Shown here piece after piece: positions 17,066 through 25,218 of a stretch of 64,000 bases of DNA. Under the pieces are notes generated by a model. That model worked only from the letters and a program-made list of their open reading frames with translations. It was not told where the DNA came from and ran no database searches. The stretch comes from Caulobacter sp. (GTDB lineage: Bacteria > Pseudomonadota > Alphaproteobacteria > Caulobacterales > Caulobacteraceae): positions 236,653-300,652 of the forward strand of contig JAYRYI010000006.1 in NCBI GenBank assembly GCA_041917095.1. The letters are read 5' to 3'. Positions within the stretch are counted from its first letter, which is position 1, and the number at the start of each line of letters is the position of its first letter. The position numbers and the translations under genes were made by a program.

Positions 17066-17566
17066 TCAGTGCAGGTCGATCCGGCGGCTGTCGCCGACGT
17101 CGGGCAGCTTGCCGGTGGCGTTCGCCTTGGCGATCTCCCAGGCGAACCTGATCGGGCCGCCTTCGGTGATCCAGACCTGGGCGTCGGAGACGTCGAGGCA
17201 CAGCATGGTCAGTTGCGGGTCGGCCTTGCCTTCGGGGCGCCAGGCCGCGACGACCGGGTTCCAGTACCTGTCAATGCGCGCGGTGTCGTGCTGCAGCGTC
17301 AGCTCGCCGGCGACGCAGGCGTGGAACTTCTGGCCGTCCTGCACAACCATCATCGCCCCTTTGCCCTCCTCGATCGAGCGGGCGAGGTCGGTGTCGGCGC
17401 GGGTGAAGAACCAGATCAGACCCTGCTCGGGCTCGCAGAAGGCGGTCATCGGCTGGAAATGCTGCATGGGATGCGTGTGAGCGCCGAGCATGACCGTGCG
17501 GCCGTGCTTGCTGATCTCGTCCCACAGGCGCTTGCGGACGGCTTCGGTGTCGTTGATGTCGGTCAT
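17066..17566 (-). CDS. Pyridoxamine 5'-phosphate oxidase-like / general stress protein 26 family
   Basis: Track ORF trimmed to the ATG at 17566 (MTDINDTEAVRKRLWDEISKHGRTVMLG...). At 166 aa it has the typical length and layout of the family. Confidence 0.8.
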   Translation of the reverse strand: MTDINDTEAVRKRLWDEISKHGRTVMLGAHTHPMQHFQPMTAFCEPEQGLIWFFTRADTDLARSIEEGKGAMMVVQDGQKFHACVAGELTLQHDTARIDRYWNPVVAAWRPEGKADPQLTMLCLDVSDAQVWITEGGPIRFAWEIAKANATGKLPDVGDSRRIDLH

Positions 17567-17697
17567 GGGGCTCTCCCGGTGCGATTGAGTTGCAGAGGAG
17601 AACCGGTGCGGGAAGGTGAGGTTCCGGACCGCCCACAATCCTGCGCGCTTGCGTGACGTCCGGTTCCTCGCGCACCTTTGACGAAACGGGGGATGCG

Positions 17698-19218
17698 ATG
17701 AAGAAGCTGCTGGCGGCCGTACTGTCGATGGCGCTGCTCGGCGCGGGCGCCGCGGGCGCGAACGAGCTTCGCGAGGACGTCCGCAAATGGCGGATGGCGA
17801 ATGAAGCCGAGATCGCCGGCGATCTCGCCGACCTGATCGCCTTGCGCAGCGTGGCGGCCGACCCCGCGGGTCTGCGCGCCACGGCCGACCGACTGGAGGC
17901 CGAGCTGAAATCGCGCGGCTTCGCGACCCGGCAGCTGACGGCCGGCGGCTCGCCACCGCTCGTATTCGGCGAGCTCAAGGTGCGCGGCGCCCAGCGGACT
18001 GTAACCTTCTACGCCCACTACGACGGTCAGCCTGTCACACCGTCGCAATGGCGGGGCGATCCGTTCATCCCGGTCATGCGGACGGGCATCGGCGCGAACG
18101 CGGCCGAGATCGACTGGCGCAAGCCGGGTGTGCGGCTGGACCCGGAATGGCGTCTGTTCGGCCGGGCGGCCAGTGACGACAAGTCGTCCATCGTCGCCTT
18201 CCTGGCCGCGATGGACGCGCTCAAGGCGACAGGACGAAAGCCCTCCGTGAACATCAAGGTCGTCTGGGAGGGCGAGGAGGAGGCCGGATCGACCCGACTG
18301 CCCCGGATACTTCGCGAAAACGCAGACCTGTTCCGGACGGACCTCTGGCTGATCGGCGATGCGCCGGTCCACCAGTCGCGCGAGCGCATGATCTACTTCG
18401 GCGCGCGCGGGGTGATGAGCCTGGAGATGACGCTCTATGGTCCTCTGCGACCCCTGCACGACGGGCACTACGGCAACTGGGTCCCCAATCCGGCCGCTGC
18501 CGCCGCCGATCTGATCGCCCGGATGCGCGCGCGGGACGGGACCATTCTCGTTCCGGGCATCGGCGATAGCGTGCGACCCCTGACCGACGCCGAGCGCGCG
18601 GCGATCGCCGCCCTGCCGCCGGTCGAGGCCGGACTGCTGGCCGAGTTCGGCATCGCGCGGGCGGAAAGCGCCGACGGCCTCACCCTGAGCACCATGCGGC
18701 CGTCGCTGAATGTCCGCGGGCTGCGGGCCGGCAAGGTCGGCGACGAAGCCACCAACTCGATCCCGACCGAGGCCGTCGTGTCGATCGACTTCCGGCTGGT
18801 CCCGGACCAGACACCTGAGGGCGTGCGCCAGAGTCTCGAGCGCTGGTTCGCGGCGGAGGGCTGGACCGTCGTGTCGGAGCCGCCGGACGCCGCCATGCGC
18901 GCGGCCCACCCGAAGCTCGTCCGCCTGCAGTGGGAGACCGGTTATCCCGCGCTGCGCAGCGACATGTCGAGCGTCCCGGCCAAGGCGGTGCTGGCCGCCG
19001 CGAGCCGCTCGGCAGGCAAGCCGGTGTTGGCGCTGCCCATGATCGGCGGCAGCGTCCCGATCTACATGTTCGGCGAGGTTTCGGACGCGCCGATCATCGG
19101 CCTTCCGATCGGCAACCACGACAACAACCAGCATGCGCCGAACGAGAACGCGCGCCTGCAGAACCTGTGGGATGGCGTGGAGATCTACGCGGCGATGCTG
19201 GCGGACCTTGACTGGTAA
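17698..19218 (+). CDS. M20-family dipeptidase/peptidase with signal peptide
   Basis: Track ORF trimmed to the ATG at 17698 (MKKLLAAVLSMALLGAGAAGA). Contains HYDGQPV and GRAASDDKS metal-site motifs. Confidence 0.85.
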   Translation: MKKLLAAVLSMALLGAGAAGANELREDVRKWRMANEAEIAGDLADLIALRSVAADPAGLRATADRLEAELKSRGFATRQLTAGGSPPLVFGELKVRGAQRTVTFYAHYDGQPVTPSQWRGDPFIPVMRTGIGANAAEIDWRKPGVRLDPEWRLFGRAASDDKSSIVAFLAAMDALKATGRKPSVNIKVVWEGEEEAGSTRLPRILRENADLFRTDLWLIGDAPVHQSRERMIYFGARGVMSLEMTLYGPLRPLHDGHYGNWVPNPAAAAADLIARMRARDGTILVPGIGDSVRPLTDAERAAIAALPPVEAGLLAEFGIARAESADGLTLSTMRPSLNVRGLRAGKVGDEATNSIPTEAVVSIDFRLVPDQTPEGVRQSLERWFAAEGWTVVSEPPDAAMRAAHPKLVRLQWETGYPALRSDMSSVPAKAVLAAASRSAGKPVLALPMIGGSVPIYMFGEVSDAPIIGLPIGNHDNNQHAPNENARLQNLWDGVEIYAAMLADLDW

Positions 19219-19232
19219 CGGCCCGCCCGGCG

Positions 19233-20069
19233 TCAGGTCGCGTACCGCGCCCGGAATGCAGCCATCGCGGCGGTCACCTCGGCCTGGTAGCGGTCGATCA
19301 CCGCCGCTTCGTTGGGGCCGTTGGTGAAGATGAAGAACGATCCCGCCTGCAGCTGTTCGACGATCCGCTCGCCGGCCGCTGTCGCCGGCAGGTGCTGCGA
19401 CATCGGAACCTCGCCCTCGACCTTCAGCGTGCGCGGCCCGCCGAAGTTGCCGTGGCGGTTGCGGAAGCTGTTCCAGATGTCCGTCGCCACGGGGCCCGGG
19501 CAGATCACCCCGACGTCGATGTTGGTCCCCTCGAAGTCGCGGCGGGCGCAGAGGCTGTAACCCATGACAGCGTGCTTGGCGGCGGTGTAGGCGGCCGAGA
19601 TGCCGCCCGTGGCGCTGTCCGGCAGGCCCAGCGCGTGCTCGGACGCGGTGTTGACGATCCGGCAGGGCAGGCCGCTCTCCAGCATCGCCGGGGCGAAGGT
19701 GCGGACGCCGAGGTAGACGCCCTCGACATTGACCTTGAACACCCAGTCCCAGGTCTGGAGCGAGACGCGGTGGACGGTCCCCGGCGCCCCCACGCCGGCG
19801 TTGTTGAACAGCAGCTGGACGGGCTGGCCCCACTGCGCCTCAGCCCGGTCGGCAAGGGTGCGCCAGCTGGCCTCGTCGATGACGTCCAGGTGCAGTCCGA
19901 CGACGTCGAAGCCGTCCGCCGCCAACGCGCGGGCCGCCTCGCCGGCGCGCTCGGCCTCGATATCGGCGAGCACGACCCTCGCGCCGCGCGCCGCCAGCGC
20001 CCGGCCGATCCCCAGGCCGATGCCGGAGGCCCCGCCCGTGACGACCGCGACCGCGCCGGAGATGTTCAC
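19233..20069 (-). CDS. SDR family oxidoreductase
   Basis: VTGGASGIGLGIG and YTAAKHAV (YxxxK). Last gene of a tightly packed four-gene minus-strand operon. Confidence 0.85.
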   Translation of the reverse strand: MNISGAVAVVTGGASGIGLGIGRALAARGARVVLADIEAERAGEAARALAADGFDVVGLHLDVIDEASWRTLADRAEAQWGQPVQLLFNNAGVGAPGTVHRVSLQTWDWVFKVNVEGVYLGVRTFAPAMLESGLPCRIVNTASEHALGLPDSATGGISAAYTAAKHAVMGYSLCARRDFEGTNIDVGVICPGPVATDIWNSFRNRHGNFGGPRTLKVEGEVPMSQHLPATAAGERIVEQLQAGSFFIFTNGPNEAAVIDRYQAEVTAAMAAFRARYAT

Positions 20070-20070
20070 G

Positions 20071-21198
20071 CTAGAAGCCCAGCACGGTCGCGTAGCGATC
20101 CTTGTGGTAGCCGGCGCCGCCGAACAGCTGCTCGGCGACCCGGGCGCGCTTCAGGAAAAGGCCGGCGTCGTGGGCGTCGGTCTGACCGATGCCGCCGTGC
20201 ATCTGGACCATCTCGTTGCTGACCAGATGGGCCAGTTCGCTCGCCTTGCACTTGGCCAGCGACGCGGCCGCGCGGTTGTCGGCCGCGCCGGAGTCGAGCT
20301 GCTCGAGCGCCGCCTCGACGCAGGACCGGGTGGTCTCCAGGTCGGTGAACATCTTGGCCGCGCGGTGCTGCAGCGACTGGAAGGCGCCGATCAGCTGGCC
20401 GAACTGGGTGCGGGTCTTCAGATAGTCGAGCGTGATCTCGAACGCCTGCAGGGCGCTGCCGAGCATTTCGGCGGACAGGCCGATGCGTGCGCGGTCGAGC
20501 ACCGGCTCCAGCACGTCCCAGCCCTTGTCGGCCTGGCCCAGCAGCTCGCCGGAAGCGCCGTCGAAGGTGATCTCGGCGGCGCCGCGGCTGTCGGCCAGCG
20601 CGAGGTGCTTGCGGGTCACGCCGGCGGCGTTCGGATCGACCAGGAACAGGCTGATCCCCGCCGTCTCGCCCGGCTTGCCGCTGGTGCGGCCCGCCACGAT
20701 CAGCAGGTCGGCGGCGTCGCCGTCGATGACGAAGGTCTTCCTGCCCGTGAGCTTGTAGCCGTCGCCGGCCTTCTCGGCCTTCAGCGCGATGCGCTCGGGC
20801 GCGTGGTGGGCGTTCTCGTCGACGGCCAGGGCCGTGACCGCCGCGCCCTCGGCGATCTTCGGCAGCCATTGCGCCTTCTGGGCGTCCGAGCCGGCCAGCG
20901 TCAGGGCGGAGGCGCCGATCAGGGCGGTCGAGATCAGCGGCGAGGCGGTCAGGGTGCGGCCGGTTTCCTCCAGGATCAGGCCCAGGCTCAGATAGCCGAA
21001 CTCCGAGCCGCCGAACGCCTCGGGAACGATGACCCCGGCCCAGCCCATCTGGCCGATCTCGGCCCAGGTCGCGGGGTCGAACGGCGCGCCCGAGCCGCCG
21101 TCGCGCAGCGCGCGCAGCTTCGCCACGGGCGAGGATTCCTGCGCCCAGCTCTTGGCGGCGTCGCGGAGCATGGTCTGTTCTTCGTTCAGGACGGCCAT
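20071..21198 (-). CDS. Acyl-CoA dehydrogenase family protein lacking the catalytic-base Glu
   Basis: ACAD fold of 375 aa. The position equivalent to the (Y/V)EG(T/G)xE catalytic Glu reads LFGGAGYH. Confidence 0.85.
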   Translation of the reverse strand: MAVLNEEQTMLRDAAKSWAQESSPVAKLRALRDGGSGAPFDPATWAEIGQMGWAGVIVPEAFGGSEFGYLSLGLILEETGRTLTASPLISTALIGASALTLAGSDAQKAQWLPKIAEGAAVTALAVDENAHHAPERIALKAEKAGDGYKLTGRKTFVIDGDAADLLIVAGRTSGKPGETAGISLFLVDPNAAGVTRKHLALADSRGAAEITFDGASGELLGQADKGWDVLEPVLDRARIGLSAEMLGSALQAFEITLDYLKTRTQFGQLIGAFQSLQHRAAKMFTDLETTRSCVEAALEQLDSGAADNRAAASLAKCKASELAHLVSNEMVQMHGGIGQTDAHDAGLFLKRARVAEQLFGGAGYHKDRYATVLGF

Positions 21199-21199
21199 G

Positions 21200-21826
21200 T
21201 CAGGCGTGCTCCCCCATTTTTGCGTTCAATGCTGTGTGTCGTTGGGCCCATTGGAGGGCCTGTTCCAGACGGTCGTTGCCCCAGAAGAGCTCGCCGTCGG
21301 CGGTGATGAAACTGGGCGAGCCGAAGACGCCGCGCGCCAGGGCCTGTTCGACGTGCGCCTTCAGCCGCGCCTTGACCGGTTCGCCCTGGGCGGCGGCGAA
21401 GACCGCGTCCGGCGCGGCGCCGACCTCTTCCAGCAAAGGAGCCAGGACCTCGGGGTTCGAGATGTCCTGGTCAGCGACGAAGTTGGCCTCGTAGACGCGG
21501 CGGGTGAAGGCCGGCGTCCAGCCGTCCTCCAGTCCGGCGACGGCGACCCGGGCCGCCAGCAGGGTGTTGCGCGGAAACTGGCTGGGGTGAACCAGGGGCA
21601 GGCCCTGCTCCTCGCAGACCCGCTCCATGTCGCGCCACATGTACTGCCCCTTGACCGGCACCACGTTGAACGGGCTGTCGGTCATGCCCTGCTGGGCGTG
21701 CAGCAGCGGGCCGAGCAGGAACGGGCGCCACGCCACGGCGACGCCGGCCTCCCCGGCCAGCGCCTCGACGCGCATGGCGGCGGGATAGGAGTAGGTCGAG
21801 GCGAACTCGTACCAGAACTCGATCAT
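21200..21826 (-). CDS. 2-hydroxychromene-2-carboxylate isomerase / DsbA-like family
   Basis: The N-terminus IEFWYEFASTYSYPA and a length of 208 aa are typical of the HCCA isomerase (DsbA-fold) family. Confidence 0.8.
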   Translation of the reverse strand: MIEFWYEFASTYSYPAAMRVEALAGEAGVAVAWRPFLLGPLLHAQQGMTDSPFNVVPVKGQYMWRDMERVCEEQGLPLVHPSQFPRNTLLAARVAVAGLEDGWTPAFTRRVYEANFVADQDISNPEVLAPLLEEVGAAPDAVFAAAQGEPVKARLKAHVEQALARGVFGSPSFITADGELFWGNDRLEQALQWAQRHTALNAKMGEHA

Positions 21827-21848
21827 GACCGTGGGCTCCGGGCCGGAC

Positions 21849-23057
21849 CTACTGGTGGTCCAGCAGGCCCAGGACGCGCTTGGCGACGACGTTCAGGTTG
21901 ATCTCGCTGGTGCCGCCTTCGACCGAGTTGGCCTTGGCGCGCAGCATCGAGCGCAGGGCGGCGATCTCGCCCGGATCGAAGCTGTCGCCTTCCCAGCCCA
22001 GGCCCTGCAGGCCGAGCGCCTCGACGGTCAGTTCGGTGCGCTCCTGGTTCAGCTTGGCGGCCGCGTACTTGATGATCGAGGTCGCGGCGCTGGGGCCCTT
22101 GCTGGCCTTGGCTTCCTGTTCGGCGCGACGGACGGTCAGGGCGAAGGCCGCGGCGTCCATCTTGTGGGCCGAGATGCGGCCACGCAGGTCAGGATCGGCG
22201 ATCCGGCCCTTCTCGTCCACGCCGACGTGTTCCTTCGCCGCGTCGACCACGTCGATGCCCGCGCCGCCGCCGAAGCCGCCGGCCGAGATGTTCTGGCGTT
22301 CGTACTGCAGGAGCCGCTTGGCGATCTCCCAGCCGCCGTTCAGCTTGCCGACCAGCTGGTCCTTGGGGACCTTCACGTCGGTGAAGAAGGTCTCGCAGAA
22401 GGGCGAGGCGCCGCTGATCAGCTTGATCGGGCGCGTCTCGACGCCGGGCGAGGTCATGTCGAACAGCACGAACGAGATGCCCTCATGCTTCTTCGTCGTG
22501 TCGGTGCGGACCAGGCAGAAGATCCAGTCGGCGTAGTTGGCGTAGCTGGTCCACACCTTCTGGCCGTTGATCAGGAAGTGGTCGCCCTTGTCCTCGCAGC
22601 GGGTCTGAAGGCCGGCGAGGTCAGAGCCGGCGCCCGGCTCGGAGTAACCCTGGCACCAGCGGATCTTGCCCTTCACGATGTCGGGCAGGAAGCGCTGCTT
22701 CTGCTCCTCGGTGGCGTACTCCATCAGCACCGGCCCGAGCATCCAGACGCCGAAGCTCATCAGGGCCGGGCGGGCCTTGATGCGGCGCAGTTCGCTTTCG
22801 AGCACCTTGTTCTGCTCGCGGGTCAGGCCGCCGCCGCCGTATTCCTTCGGCCACATCGGCGCGGTCCAGCCCTTCTCGCCCATGCGGTCGAGCCACAGCT
22901 GGACGTCGGGGTTCGCCGGCTTGAAGTTGCGGCCGCCCCACGGCGCCTCGGACTCGTCATCCATCGGCGTATTGAGCGAGGGAGGATAGTTGGCGGCGAG
23001 CCACTCGCGCACCTCGGTGCGGAAGGCCTCCAGTTCGGTCCCGCCGAAATCAGCCAT
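21849..23057 (-). CDS. Acyl-CoA dehydrogenase
   Basis: 402 aa with the catalytic-base region NSVEGGTSEINLNVVA present. Confidence 0.9.
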   Translation of the reverse strand: MADFGGTELEAFRTEVREWLAANYPPSLNTPMDDESEAPWGGRNFKPANPDVQLWLDRMGEKGWTAPMWPKEYGGGGLTREQNKVLESELRRIKARPALMSFGVWMLGPVLMEYATEEQKQRFLPDIVKGKIRWCQGYSEPGAGSDLAGLQTRCEDKGDHFLINGQKVWTSYANYADWIFCLVRTDTTKKHEGISFVLFDMTSPGVETRPIKLISGASPFCETFFTDVKVPKDQLVGKLNGGWEIAKRLLQYERQNISAGGFGGGAGIDVVDAAKEHVGVDEKGRIADPDLRGRISAHKMDAAAFALTVRRAEQEAKASKGPSAATSIIKYAAAKLNQERTELTVEALGLQGLGWEGDSFDPGEIAALRSMLRAKANSVEGGTSEINLNVVAKRVLGLLDHQ

Positions 23058-23128
23058 GTCATCCTCCCGTGCTTGTTGTTGCGGCGCACATTAGCGCGCG
23101 GCGGCGATGGAGCAAGCCGGTTCAAACG

Positions 23129-23143
23129 AGTGTTCGAAACACT
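23129..23143. promoter_or_regulatory. Candidate operator palindrome AGTGTT-CGA-AACACT
   Basis: Perfect 6+6 palindrome in the 154-bp divergent spacer between the ACAD operon and the MprF-like gene. Confidence 0.3.
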
Positions 23144-23211
23144 TTCCGGCGACGCGCTGTCGGCGCGGGCGCGCGCGGCGTCTATAGTCGAGGCGGAACC
23201 GCGGGATTCGT

Positions 23212-24921
23212 ATGCACTTCCTTCGCGAACTGAGACCCGCGCTGATCGGCGTCGCCCCGACCCTGGGCGCGATCGCGGCCCTGTCCTCCGGCGGGATGCT
23301 GATCCTGTCCGGCGCCACGCCGTCCGATCCGGCGCGCTTTCTGGAACTGCTGCGCTTCACGCCGGCGCTGCTGATCGAGACCAGCCACTTCCTGTCGTCG
23401 GTCCTGGGCCTGGTGCTGGTGCTGCTGGCGTTCGGCCTGCGCGCGCGGCTCGACGCGGCCTGGACGGCGACCCTGGTGTCGCTGCTGCTCGCCGCCCTGC
23501 TGGCGCCGTTCAAGGGCTTCAACTGGGAAGAGGCGGTGCTGCTGGTCGGCTGCATCGTCATCATGCTGCCACTCCATGCCGGCTTTCCCCGGCAAGCCCG
23601 GCTGTCCCGGATGGAGGTCACGCCCGGCTGGCTGATCTCGGCCGCCGCCGTGATCCTCGGCGCGGGCGTGCTCGGCTGGTGGTCGTTCGCCAACGCCGAC
23701 TACGCCGACCAGCCGGTCTGGCGCGTGATCCAGGACCAGGACGTGGCGCGGGCCATCCGCTCCTCGGCGGGCGCGGCGCTGGCGCTGCTTGGCTTCGGCC
23801 TCTGGCGGCTGTTCGCGACGGCGGCGACGCCCCCGGTGGTCGGCGACGACGATCCCGATTTCCATCGCGTGCGCCACATCCTGGGCAAGGCGGAGTGGTC
23901 GCAGCCGGACTCCAACCTCGCCCTGCTGGGCGACAAGCGGTTCCTGTTCTCCGAGAGCGGCGAGACCTTCCTGATGTTCGGCGTGCGCGGCCGGTCCTGG
24001 ATCGCCATGGACGGCCCGGTCGGCCGCACCGAAGAGCGGATGGAGCTGCTCTGGCGCTTCCGCGAACTCGCCGACGCCCACGCCGCGCGGCCTGCGCTGT
24101 ACGGCATCGGGCCGGAAGACCTGCCCGACGCGGTCGAGCTGGGGTTCTCGATCCAGAAGATCGGCGAGGCCGCCGCTGTGCCGCTGGACGGCTTCTCCCT
24201 CGCCGGCCGTCGCCGTGAGGTGCTGCGGCGCAACTGGCGCAAGGCGGGCGAGGGCGGCGCCAGCTTCGAGGTCATTCCCCCCGAGGCGGTTCCTCCTTTG
24301 TTGGACGAGCTGAAGGCCATCTCCGACGAGTGGCTGTCCCACCACTCGGGCGGCGAGAAAGGGTTCTCGCTGGGCGGCTTCGTGCCGCGCTACGTCTGCG
24401 AATTTCCGATGGCGCTGGTGCGGACGGGAGGCCGGATCGTCGCCTTCGCCACCCTGTGGCCGACGGCGACCCGCAAGTCCTTCTCCATGGACCTGATGCG
24501 CTATGGCGAGAGCGCGCCCAAGAACGTGATGGATTACCTGTTCGTCGAGCTCCTCGAATGGGGCCGCGAACAGGGCTACCAGGCGTTCGACTTCGGCTCC
24601 GCGCCACTGGCGGGCCTCGAGGACCGGCCGCTGGCGCCGATCATGTCGCGGGTCGGCAAGCTGCTCTTCGAGCGCGGCGAGGAGATCTACAATTTCCGCG
24701 GCGTGCGCCGGTACAAGGACAAGTACGACCCGCTCTGGCAGCCCCGCTACGTCGCCGCGCCGCACCGCTGGCAGATCCCCATGGTGATGGCGGATGTCGG
24801 CCTGATGTCGTCGGGCGGCATGGCGGGCCTGACGCGGCGGCGGCCCAGGGCCGAGCCGGCCGGATCAGCGCTGTCCCGTGGTGAAGCCCAGCAGGTTCAC
24901 CACGTGCACCAGCAGCAGTAG
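23212..24921 (+). CDS. Aminoacyl-phosphatidylglycerol synthase (MprF C-terminal type, DUF2156) without the flippase half
   Basis: 569 aa: about 6 TM helices, then a cytosolic domain with FSLGGF, MDLMRY, FDFGSAPLAGL and NFRGVRRYKDKYDPLWQPRY, the conserved C-terminal MprF/LpiA signature. Confidence 0.85.
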   Translation: MHFLRELRPALIGVAPTLGAIAALSSGGMLILSGATPSDPARFLELLRFTPALLIETSHFLSSVLGLVLVLLAFGLRARLDAAWTATLVSLLLAALLAPFKGFNWEEAVLLVGCIVIMLPLHAGFPRQARLSRMEVTPGWLISAAAVILGAGVLGWWSFANADYADQPVWRVIQDQDVARAIRSSAGAALALLGFGLWRLFATAATPPVVGDDDPDFHRVRHILGKAEWSQPDSNLALLGDKRFLFSESGETFLMFGVRGRSWIAMDGPVGRTEERMELLWRFRELADAHAARPALYGIGPEDLPDAVELGFSIQKIGEAAAVPLDGFSLAGRRREVLRRNWRKAGEGGASFEVIPPEAVPPLLDELKAISDEWLSHHSGGEKGFSLGGFVPRYVCEFPMALVRTGGRIVAFATLWPTATRKSFSMDLMRYGESAPKNVMDYLFVELLEWGREQGYQAFDFGSAPLAGLEDRPLAPIMSRVGKLLFERGEEIYNFRGVRRYKDKYDPLWQPRYVAAPHRWQIPMVMADVGLMSSGGMAGLTRRRPRAEPAGSALSRGEAQQVHHVHQQQ

Positions 24922-25113
24922 CGTCATCACCGCGGCCGCGACCATCACCGCGCGCCACGGAACCATGCGGACGCCGCGGATCAGGTCCGGCGGCTGGGCG
25001 CCGCGCCAGCCGGCGAACGCGGCGAGAGCGGCCATCAGCGCTGCCGCCAGAAGGGTCATCATCAGGCTCATCACGGCCAGATGGAGCAGGCTTTCGTCGC
25101 CCGCAAGCGTCAT
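24865..25113 (-). CDS. Candidate small membrane protein (82 aa)
   Basis: Only the last 82 codons of the 922-aa antisense track ORF look genuine (MTLAGDESLLHLAVMSLMMTLLAAALMAALAAFAGW...VMVAAAVMTLLLLVHVV), giving two TM helices. Overlaps the MprF-like 3' end by 57 nt. Confidence 0.4.
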   Translation of the reverse strand: MTLAGDESLLHLAVMSLMMTLLAAALMAALAAFAGWRGAQPPDLIRGVRMVPWRAVMVAAAVMTLLLLVHVVNLLGFTTGQR

Positions 25114-25218
25114 CCACAGCAAATCGTCGCAGGCGCAAGATTTGGGGTTAACCTCGCGTTTACACACTAGGGGTGGGTGGTTAGCGTTCTCCTCTGGAGT
25201 GCCGGAGGTGCGATTCGA

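Noticed and set aside
25148-25162. CtrA-box-like TTAA-N7-TTTA upstream of podJ
   Set aside because: Only one half-site is a perfect TTAA and the second is TTTA. A single degenerate match in a short spacer is not enough to call, although CtrA control of podJ is known in Caulobacter.
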